Source of the DNA: Phoronis australis
Taxonomy: Eukaryota; Animalia; Phoronida
Direction: 5' to 3'
Assembly: GCA_002633005.1 (NCBI GenBank)
Contig: NMRA01000336.1
Span: forward strand, 45,756 to 109,755
DNA length: 64,000 bases
Part shown: piece by piece, positions 56,201-64,000 of the stretch
How the letters are laid out: each line of letters begins with the position of its first letter
Numbering within the stretch: the first letter of the stretch is position 1
Notes under the pieces: model-generated
What the model was told of the DNA's origin: nothing
Seen by the model: the letters and a program-made list of their open reading frames with translations, nothing else
The model's database searches: none
Position numbers and translations under genes: made by a program

Positions 56201-59200
56201 TCCCCCAGTCATCTTTTCCAAACTCCTCCCCCTCGAGTGATGACGTAATATCTAAACGCTCCCTAAGTGAAGCTCTGGACGAAGCTTTGTTCCGCAGGCC
56301 TGAGACAATAGCATGCATTTGTAGAGAGAAATCGCAACTTATGGAACGGAAATAGGTAGTTCTATACCATGCTTTACGAATTATATCCCACAATTTAACA
56401 TTCGAACTTCACCGAGCGATCACTTGAGTGGCCGCCATTTTGCAAGGGTACGCTAATAAAGTCTTGAGCATACACGCCTAATATACCGGGATCCCAGAGC
56501 TTTTTTGGGCATGAAAAGGTAACCAACTTTCTTTGGTGCCACAGTGCTCTATGGGTATCCTGATGCTTGGAAATGGTCGTCTGGCAGGCTCGCTCTGTTG
56601 GGTGTGGTCAGGGGAGCCAAGAGAATGACACTCAAAAATTGAGCTAGATCAACTTTTCTGATAACCACTTCAAACTGCCTCGGATACCTACTACGTAATC
56701 CACTGTATCAAAATTGGTCATTGCCAGAAAAGTTCAGTAGTGGGGAGTATCAGTCAGACGGTTATAAACAAGGTGAAAAAATGAGCTAGATCAATCAAAA
56801 ATATAACCGCGTGAAACCAGTTGCAAAATATTCACCGTGAGCCCAGGTATCACGAATGAACACTGTCAGACAAATCTAGTGGTAGATTAGCCCCGCCAGA
56901 CACGCCCAAATACCCGAGTTGAGCTAGATGAACCCACCAGGTAACCGTTTGAAACCAATTGCACGATGTTCAGCATCACTGTACAGTTGTACATGGCACA
57001 ACTGTTAGATGCCAGGCAATTTTAGTGGTGGGGTGTCCCTGCAAGAGGACTAAAGAAGGGCTAAATTGTGAGGTAAATCAACCCGCATGAAACCAGTTTC
57101 AAAATATTCTACGTAAGCCCATGTATCATGAATAAACAATGCGAGACAAGTCTAGTTGTGGATTAGCCCCGCCAACACGATCAAATATCTGAGTTCGACC
57201 AGATTTACCCGTTTGAAACCATTTACATAATGTCGAGCAACATTTTGCATACAGCAAAAGGTACTTTACAGACATTTTTAGTGGTGGGGCAGTAGTGTTC
57301 AGAGGTTTGGTCGATGCAGGGGCGACTTTTTATTAGGCGCCCCTATCTCTCTACTCAAATGCATATATCTTATTCAAGTGATTAGCCAGCACTGAGCTGG
57401 GGTGGTTCGAATTTCAAGAACGGTGGACCTTTGGTATTTCGCAAACGTCGACACTGTAGAAACCTCGGTAAGACCTTTGACTGAGCTAAATTAGGGGGAA
57501 GAGAACATTCTCGCATTATCTCTTGCCAAAGTTTCAAATCAGCCATGCTTAAATGAGTGATTACACCTCATGGCATACTCAAACGGAAATATGAAGTTTA
57601 GTCGGTGAATGACTTAACAAAATTGTTTAGGCCTATCTGGTTATATTTTAGCGTGTTACTTAAGTTGCTTACATGGCTGAAATGGGAACGTCCCACTATT
57701 TCGAAGGTTCGCTAGTTCGACGATTCACCAATCCGAAGTTTCACCGCCCAAAAAATATATAAACTTTCAAACTCAGATGTGATTTTTAAACTTTTACATG
57801 CAAAAATAAACGTTTTTTCGATTATTAGATGCACCTATACCGAAAACAAGACCGGGACACTAAAACACTTGGTTTGGATTCCATGTAGACAGTGACCACT
57901 GTCTCCAGCTGGCTAGAACAACTAGAAACCTAAGTCAGATTTCATGTGCATGCGAAATTGCCCGCATGTGAGTACGCACTTGCATTTTAAAATGATACGA
58001 AGTAGGAATACTGATGGATTATCAACCATGACACAATTCATCAAGTCCATGTCAAGATCGAATTGCAGCGCGACGCACACGGCCAGGGCGAAACTAAATG
58101 AAGTTACTAGGCCACCCTGTCATTGCCACTTCTCACGAAATCAGGGAGTCCCATTTAGTCTTCTTAAATTTGAAACCGCCATTAGTCGCCGTAGCCGTGA
58201 GGTCGCTGCAACATCAGGCGCGATGTTTCTGGTTTTCATGCCCTGACGTAAACTTACTGACAAAATTCTTTCACCTTGCGTGATAACCTATGCCGCACGG
58301 ACTCAGTGGCTGGTTCCTCAATGTGATGCTTATTCATTGTGAATGGGCTTATAATCAATTATGTTTCGACTCTTTATTTGTCTGATGGAGGCATCTTACT
58401 GTTGTGCCATGTGCAGTGATGCTGAACATCGGACGATTGGTTTCAAACGGTTACCTGGTGGGTTGATTTAGCTCAACTCAGGTACTTGGGCGTGTCTGGT
58501 GGGGCTAACTAGATTTGACTGGCAGTGTTTATTCGTGATACCTGGGCTAAGGATGAATATCTTGGAACTGGTTTTAAAGAGTTCCCACCATGACCCTGTG
58601 TCTCAAAAAGGAATTTTATTATTACATCTTAACAGATTTGATAGCCTTTAGTACACCCGTTGCTACGAAACAATCTAAAAATTTTAAAAATATATTTTTC
58701 TGTTATCGAGTTTGTACGCAATGGGTGGAAGACCGCCTCAGCCGTTGTTGTTTTACCAGTGCGATACTGAGGAGTTGTGAAGAAAGTCCGCGTGGAGCCG
58801 TCTTTTTCAGACATGAAAAGGTGCGTTTGTGGAAACTGTGGTAACAACAACTTGACTGTGAACGTCTTAGTGTTCAAATTTCCTAAATACGTGAAAGTTG
58901 CACAAAATTGGCATCGGTTTGTCATGGGCGGCGCACCATAGGGGCCTAGGGTAGGGCTATAGCCCCCACTTTTTCAGGGCTAAGCCGCCCATGGTNNNNN
59001 NNNNNNNNNNNNNNNNNNNNNNNNNNNNNNNNNNNNNNNNNNNNNNNNNNNNNNNNNNNNNNNNNNNNNNNNNNNNNNNNNNNNNNNNNNNNNNNNNNNN
59101 NNNNNNNNNNNNNNNNNNNNNNNNNNNNNNNNNNNNNNNNNNNNNNNNNNNNNNNNNNNNNNNNNNNNNNNNNNNNNNNNNNNNNNNNNNNNNNNNNNNN

Positions 59201-61957
59201 NNNNNNNNNNNNNNNNNNNNNNNNNNNNNNNNNNNNNNNNNNNNNNNNNNNNNNNNNNNNNNNNNNNNNNNNNNNNNNNNNNNNNNNNNNNNNNNNNNNN
59301 NNNNNNNNNNNNNNNNNNNNTTGTGGCTCACATATGTCATTTCTCGTGCAAATGGGTCGAGTTCATACGGCCTGAAACCCGACGAAAGTTCGCTAAATGG
59401 GAAATCGAATTCATTGTCTGATTCTTCAAGTACTTGAGTATAAGTGCCCGTATCCACTCTCCTCTCTGTCGGCATAATAATTGTCCAATTCTCGCCTAAT
59501 ATTGTCATTGTCTTCTGACCTGCAGTGTTCCGACATTGCAAATGATTGTCAAGCGGCCAACCGTCTTCCACCCATTGCATCATTTGGCGGGAAACTTAGA
59601 AATAAGTAATTTTTCTTCAAAATTAAAAAAGTTGCCACTATTTGGCATAAAAAGTGCCTATTTAGCAAGATTTTATGGTATTCGATTCATATTAGCTAAC
59701 TGAAACCTGAAAAAGTAAGAAAATGCATGGTGGGAACTCTTTAAGCGGTTACCTCTTGGGTTGATTTAGCTTAATTTTTAACCCTTTTTGATAATTGTAT
59801 GGCAGGGACACGTACTCCACCATTGAAATTGCCTGGCATTTAACAGTTGTGCCATGTACAGTGATGCTGAACATCGTGCAATTAGTTTCAAACGGTTACC
59901 TGGTGGGTTCATCTAGCTCAACTCAGGTATTTGGGCGTGTCTGACGCGGCTAACCCACCACTAGGTTTGTCTGGCTGTGTTCATTCGTGATACCTGGGCT
60001 CACGGTGAATATTTTGCAACTGGTTTCACGCGGTTACCTCTTTGATTGATCTAGCTCAATTTTTTCACCTTGTTTATAACCGTCTGGCTGATACTCCCCT
60101 CCACTGAAATTGTCTGGCAGTGACCAATTTTGATACATTGGATTACGGAGGAGGTTTCCAAGGCGGTTTGAAGTGGTTATCAGAAAAGTTGATCTAGCTC
60201 AATTTTTGAGTGTCATTCTCTTGGCTCCCCTGACCACACCCACCAAAGCGAACCTGCCAGACGACCATTTCCAAGCATAAGGATACCCACAGAGCACTGT
60301 GGCACCAAAGAAAATTGGTTACCTTTTCATGCCCAAAAGAGTTGTGGGATCCCGGTCTATAACGCTCTTCAGGTGTGTGACTTAGGCTCGTTTAAGCTCA
60401 CTTAACGGCATTAGAATTAACTTAATGTATCTTGTAAATATTATGAGTCGGAGTAATCATTTCTGACATGAATAATTACGGGGTTCACAGTTTACCACTT
60501 CGAGTGCACTTATGGCAGGCTCAGGACACAACTGTCGCTGTGGTTTCCCTTTTTGCTATGTGAGTAACACTGCGCAAAAATTCTGAGCAAAAACTAACTT
60601 ACTATTTTATGCGTGTATGTGTCAGTTTCGTCTTTCTGTTGGACATCTCTAGCTCTGCGAATACCTGTGGAAAACTGTACGCCCATTTGTTTGCCGAGCA
60701 CTTGATCTCAAACGAGTCACCTTCCTTCACTTTTCTAGGTGATATATCGAGCTCAATGCCATCAGTTCCATTTGCCTCCGTCGAGAAGATATCTTATAAC
60801 ATAGGAGGCATCAAATGTGATTTAAATGATATAAATCAATACTGGATTTTAAAACTATTTTAAATACACGTTTATTACAAATGTTGACGAGATGCCTCGT
60901 ACCAAAGGACTAGAGCCATTCCTAAAGTTCAATGCTCATAGTGAACAGTATTAGTTTCATCCGTTATTCAACAATACAAGTGGCGATCCCATCATCGCTT
61001 GAACCTGCCACTGTCTAGGGGCCAATGTGTGACCATTGACTGCTAAAGTGGGTGACTTACTCGCCAAACATTAATGGGATTTTGCGTTTTACTAACGTGT
61101 GCGGACCTACTTACAAAATATTAGGAAACTATGCTTTTTATATCGATTACTCCTCTGCCTGCACAGCAAAGAAGGGACATCCCACTAAACTATAGCCCCA
61201 TGAATTAATTAAGATATTTCTGTTTGCAACCCTGTGTATCCTCAAGGCAAAACCAATAAACTACAGCAAATAGTGTTTACTTTCAAATATTCGTGCAATG
61301 TTGAAAGAGCACCAAATTTGAAATGGATTTGGAGCAAATGAGGACATACAACAAAACAGGTAATTAAGAAAAATCATCATGGGCACACTTTGCCGACAAT
61401 GAGTTCGCGGAACTAAAACATAACTTTGAGTTCCATCACGAACCAAAAACGCCAGCTGATTACACGGATACAAAGAGACGCCATATGCGCAATGGGTGTT
61501 TTTCAAAACTATCATCGACATTGTGGACTCACAGTGTTCCATCACAATTTAAGTTTTTGCCTGTTCATCAACATGGCATCGTGCTGCTGATACCACGTAT
61601 TTACATGTTCAGTTTTTATTTACTCAACCCAATGAAATCACTTACCATTTACCAGAATGTGCACAGTAGTGTTGACATTTTCAATATATTTGTTTCTCAG
61701 GAAGTAAAGAAGGATACCAGAGTCAACGGCCTTAAATTCTACTATATTAGGCGTCGTTGTGAAGTTGTTCTTTGATATGTAAACACTTGACCATGAAATC
61801 TTCGAAGAAATCTGGCATGGGCTCACTACGCATGGTTGCCAGAACCAGAAGGTTTCGAACACGTGTGGTATTGTCGTGTGTACGCTGAACACAAGTCTGT
61901 ACCGCCCGCCCTTCGCGTATAGACGGTGTGCACCGACTACGGAGACTTCTGGTGGTT
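35115..61957 (-). CDS. VEGFR/PDGFR-like multi-Ig-domain gene lacking visible kinase exons (5' end likely outside the window; possibly two tandem genes)
   Basis: 16 exons with GT-AG sites. All junctions are phase-compatible except 60665/55763. Translations show VEGFR-type Ig motifs. Confidence 0.85.
36905..37032 (-). CDS. Exon, second half of second D4-like domain (phase 2-1, 128 nt)
   Basis: TIGKTRAILTISRPVPEDEGLYELHAVAGTKSQHTAVNVIFE. Confidence 0.85.
38460..38631 (-). CDS. Exon, first half of second D4-like domain (phase 1-2, 172 nt)
   Basis: SHYGLVIMSPVEDDVYFNTTSKEVKLMVDMRPKQMGLMPTFKWRKSNVELRDARRFQ. Confidence 0.85.
39639..39825 (-). CDS. Exon, second half of second D3-like domain (phase 0-1, 187 nt)
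   Basis: VPMRFQKEI...ENQLKISGVQKEDGGSYKCTAERNNLRKSRQFSLDVQ. Confidence 0.9.
41323..41480 (-). CDS. Exon, first half of second D3-like Ig domain (phase 1-0, 158 nt)
   Basis: GKRTSPRPDITANDAGEQVFEEGTNVVLTCSVHVNEMESVSLTWSLHPHMNGK; acceptor chosen by phase. Confidence 0.8.
42046..42437. mobile_element. Palindromic element: tRNA-derived core between inverted Penelope-type arms carrying hammerhead motifs
   Basis: Arms 42046-42183 and ~42272-42437 are reverse complements. The core has A-box-like TGCTGTAGTGG and B-box GGTTCAAATCC. Confidence 0.75.
42341..42382 (+). ncRNA. Minimal hammerhead ribozyme motif (Penelope type)
   Basis: CAT-CTGACGA-T-GGCCGG-AGAATAGA-CCGACC-GAAA-CGTC-GTG: CUGANGA core, stem II, GAAA, palindromic ACGT stem III, GUC cleavage triplet. 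The mirror copy at 42079-42120 (-) has CTGACGG. Confidence 0.6.
42543..42821 (-). CDS. Exon, D2-like (ligand-binding type) Ig domain (phase 1-1, 279 nt)
   Basis: DPVQLL...VILPCLVTSSRVNVVV...VYYRKQEGVII...KVCLAT, matching the VEGFR/PDGFR D2 pattern IPCxVTS. Confidence 0.9.
44619..44778 (-). CDS. Exon, second half of D1-like Ig domain (phase 0-1, 160 nt)
   Basis: LVTYDTGDIYNEETEDFKNNLTIVGLVANHTGLYTCFLENTTGINASVYIFVN, resembling the ANHTG.Y.C...IYIF pattern of VEGFR1 D1. Confidence 0.9.
45260..45783. mobile_element. Non-autonomous Kolobok-like element
   Basis: TTAA|GGTTCTGTAGGACCTT ... AAGGTCCTGCATAACC|TTAT. Confidence 0.65.
45883..46031 (-). CDS. Exon, first half of D1-like Ig domain (phase 1-0, 149 nt)
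   Basis: EPMEPKLVVLGSAKQADENGYPYVDVGVGSTVDLACTGSKTLQWKLPSVQ. Confidence 0.9.
46541..46604 (-). CDS. Possible signal-peptide first exon (64 nt, phase 1) for a D1-D4 gene or isoform
   Basis: MPSYVPRSIIFLSVSLLLSLA joins in frame to the D1 exon. The donor GTTCAC is weak, and the tract could instead be a polypyrimidine acceptor. Confidence 0.3.
49218..49345 (-). CDS. Exon, second half of D4-like Ig domain (phase 2-1, 128 nt)
   Basis: NDGKTFRLIISGLTEHDAGGYIFVATHKLVYIGEAEVTLQYD. Confidence 0.85.
49800..50340 (-). mobile_element. Highly decayed non-LTR retrotransposon RT fragment (R4/Dong-like?)
   Basis: PPEWFREGLSDIQK resembles the PxWxxxGxTxLIxK RT motif; otherwise heavily disrupted. Confidence 0.3.
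50816..50987 (-). CDS. Exon, first half of Cys-less D4-like Ig domain (phase 1-2, 172 nt)
   Basis: EMPSITLRVDKPIINFGWGSRIRELVVFYDQTPPASIIGKWFLNGYELSNDGVKHQV. Confidence 0.85.
51569..52091 (+). mobile_element. Penelope-like element 3' fragment with inverted terminal copy
   Basis: GIY-YIG C-terminus ILDS...VKEALYKHIGQPALNKHGGLRHNPSHV (51867-51988). Ends TGACGCGACGTTGCGGCCCTGTCACAGGG and CCCTGTGATACCGCCGCAACGTCGCGTCA are inverted. Confidence 0.75.
52322..52416. mobile_element. 95-bp MITE with 5-bp TSD
   Basis: CGTAC|CATAGGCGGAT ... ATCCGCCACTG|CGTAC. Confidence 0.75.
52555..52708 (-). CDS. Exon, second half of D3-like Ig domain (phase 0-1, 154 nt)
   Basis: ISQYTIRSYGYYSNATSECSLRKIQMSHTGNYTCTHKEFNLTSEPFLLKVH. 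Confidence 0.9.
54976..55127 (-). CDS. Exon, first half of D3-like Ig domain (phase 1-0, 152 nt)
   Basis: PKNVRRQRPVIGNRQSDYLVHDSITLNCTVEVGKEVNVSFKWNVPFGICSK. Confidence 0.85.
55630..55763 (-). CDS. Exon, end of D6-like Ig domain (phase 2-1, 134 nt)
   Basis: TDYNNVVLYAVREASLRTHNMYVCRVMVGTEQREIALYRKILVT; ttcttttag acceptor, gtaag donor. Confidence 0.8.
58813..58941 (+). pseudogene. THAP-domain N-terminus of Kolobok transposase, interrupted by a MITE
   Basis: MKRCVCGNCGNNNLTVNVLVFKFPKYVKVAQNWHRFV matches the THAP pattern CxxxxC...FxFP...W. Confidence 0.75.
58923..58993. mobile_element. 71-bp MITE
   Basis: CATGGGCGGC ... GCCGCCCATG inverted ends; TSD obscured by the gap. Confidence 0.6.
58996..59320. 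other. Assembly gap
   Basis: Run of N. Confidence 1.
60665..60792 (-). CDS. Exon, first half of D6-like Ig domain (phase 1-0, 128 nt)
   Basis: DIFSTEANGTDGIELDISPRKVKEGDSFEIKCSANKWAYSFPQ. Confidence 0.8.
61646..61957 (-). CDS. Exon, Ig domain resembling VEGFR D5 (phase 1-1, 312 nt)
   Basis: EPPEVSVVGAHRLYAKGGRYRLVFSVHTTIPHVFETFWFWQPC...DSGILLYFLRNKYIENVNTTVHILVN; ttttgtaag acceptor, gtaagt donor. Confidence 0.8.
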
Positions 61958-62388
61958 CTTACAAAACAAGAAACGAGTGACAAATTGGTAAAAACATAGT
62001 CACTGAAATTCAAAACCCTCACTCCAAATTTTGCAAGATCGTTATAACACTGTAATTTCAAAAAGCCTAGATATCAGATCTAAACTTTTGGTACCATACT
62101 GTGAGACTTCAATGATCTATATTTGTAAATATATGTAGCGTTATACCAAAACTGTCGCAACAGCGAATGTGCAAACCTCAATGCGCATGCTCCACACCAG
62201 TTCCTCTCTATTTTATTCTAGGATAGTATCATGCCTAGCAACAGCGTGAGAGTTTCTATGCGGAAGAGATTATTATACTTAGCTGCCGTTTTCAATTATT
62301 AAGAAAAATGTTACAAATTCTCAGTATCTTATAAAAATTATAATTTTTAAAATTTGTACAATCCAAGACATGTGCTTATAGTTTACCT

Positions 62389-63716
62389 GGCCCGGTTTCC
62401 AATCTCCGTACTCAGACTCGAATCTATTCAAATTCACATCGTGTTCATACTCACCGCACTTCATTGCCGCCAATTTTTAAAGTCTTGCTTACTACGATTC
62501 CTGGCAACTGGCGAATGCTAATCCCATGTCAATGAGTCATTACAAAGGGTCAAAAGCAGCTGTGGGGTGGGGATTGCCGTGATTGAAGTGCGTGTGCAAC
62601 AGTTTGTACTGTTCGTCCTAAAGACGAAAAAAGTTAAAAAAAAACAATTTGCTTCCCTGTCAGATTTCACATCATAGTTTAGTAATCGATAATTCCTCAA
62701 TCCCCGAATGATATTCCAGATTTTGTTCGCCGATTGATGAGTAGACGTCTCCTCCCGTTCACTGATGAACTCTGAATGCCTGTTTTTAACGCGCCAAATG
62801 TCAACTAACTTGATACATCCCGCTATTTGCAAAGATACAGCAGGCCCTATCAAAGTTTTGACGTCAACGTAGGCCTTCACGGCAATGGGTTCTATGCAAG
62901 AGAGAACAGGGGTTGTCTAGTAACCAAACAATTGCCGCCCAAAAATGGGCTGACGTGGACAACCGGTTTACTAGAGAAAAGGTTGGCAATTAAGGTACAA
63001 ACTTTTGAAATTCGACCTCCCGTCAAAGAAAATGTGCAATTCGAACTCTCCCTTAAAAATATTGTTTGCAGGCCTGTGATATGGTACCCGACTCCCGTAC
63101 CAGGATCACCGGCCCACTACTGCATTAATGAAAAAGATAATTTCAATATGCCGACAATCGTTTATGTGACCATGACAATTTTAGGAGTAAATGAGTCAAG
63201 TGTAAGGGAGAATGCCCCCTGACTAAATCGGACACTGAGATTTTGGCTGCTCCGCTCCGGGCGACTGACTTTCTTTGATAAGCTGTTTCAAATTTCTTGA
63301 GACATTTTGCGGCGGGAGATAAGGAACTCAAGAAGTAAAGCTTAATAATTGGCAAATGTATCAAAAAATCATTTGGTAGAAGAATATAGTATTGAAACTG
63401 AAAAAATGAATAACAGTTACAGAACACTCAACATTCTACGTTATAATCTTGTAATTGTGGCGAGAGCTGACGATAACAGTTGCTAGGGTAGTCGATGCGA
63501 ACATAGGGAGCGCTGAATCAGCGCGACTTTTCGTGGTTTTGGCATTTCACATCATAACTGAAGAGTTCCATGGCAACTCGAGTACGATTATCAGATTTGA
63601 GTACGTTTGGAGTCTACTGAAAATGCGACATTAAATGCGCTTTTTCGAGTACGACTCCAGTGAGCACGATTTTGAGAATGAGTATGAGCCTGAGTACGGA
63701 GATTGCAGACCGGGCC
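62389..63716. mobile_element. Non-autonomous PIF/Harbinger-like DNA transposon
   Basis: Inverted ends GGCCCGGTTTCCAATCTCCGTACTCAGACTC and GAGCCTGAGTACGGAGATTGCAGACCGGGCC. Possible Myb/SANT-like remnant in ORF 62518-62880 (weak). Confidence 0.6.
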
Positions 63717-64000
63717 CCGGAGTCACAGTCGACGGAGGTGGGGTGCGGCAACGGTGAGTTTATTCATGTCCAAAACATTTCTATAATAAAATACAGTTGT
63801 ATGCTTCCTGCACTAGTTATTCATTTAATATCAATTTTTTGATAAGAAATCAAATAAAATAACTTTATTGACCGCTTCTGTGCTAAACATTCGTTAGAAC
63901 AACACCCGGCAACACTGTACACAATCGATTGTCAAGCGACAGAGGCATACATTTCCCATAATGCAACTGCGGCGGCAAATTCAAATATGGCGGATTTGCA

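Larger units (their letters stand above)
58578..59740. mobile_element. Kolobok element (internally deleted or gapped) nested in the long-TIR element
   Basis: TTAA TSD on both sides and perfect 15-bp TIR AGAGTTCCCACCATG. THAP remnant on +, KolX-like RPYELDPFA remnant on -. Confidence 0.85.
56482..60359. mobile_element. Long-TIR (foldback) non-autonomous DNA transposon, Academ-like
   Basis: TAA|TATACCGGGATCCC ... GGGATCCCGGTCTA|TAA. More than 600 bp of inverted arms built of sub-repeats (GAGCTAGATCAA...GAAACCA). TAG-type end, 3-bp TSD and long TIRs fit Academ; superfamily call is tentative. Confidence 0.75.

Noticed and set aside
62455-62464. ATGAAGTGCG|gtgagt as first coding exon of the Ig gene
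   Set aside because: Lies inside the 62389-63716 transposon and provides no signal peptide.

Overview
Eukaryotic (metazoan, probably marine invertebrate or echinoderm-like; inferred, not proven) genomic DNA with two N gaps (26682-27179, 58996-59320). The left half (1-34 kb) is a repeat landscape. It holds three Helentron/HINE-like elements with ~145-bp tandem units each carrying a CTCF-consensus motif, DIRS/Ngaro and Gypsy remnants and a Kolobok-like element. It also holds a ~17-kb 10-bp satellite (CAGTGGAGGC)n with ~1.6-kb higher-order duplications, a decayed CR1-clade LINE, and two variant satellite arrays meeting at an orientation switch. The right half (35.1-62 kb, minus strand) is a multi-exon VEGFR/PDGFR-like Ig-domain gene that I assembled by hand from splice sites and phases. 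Its apparent domain order is D5-D6-D3-D4-D1-D2-D3-D4, and it ends in a short hydrophobic tail and stop with no kinase exons visible, making it a candidate VEGF decoy receptor (or two tandem genes). Its introns hold a palindromic tRNA-core/hammerhead-ribozyme element, a Penelope fragment, Kolobok, Academ-like and Harbinger-like DNA transposons, and MITEs. The many satellite ORFs are artefacts. All family assignments come from motif recognition, not database searches.
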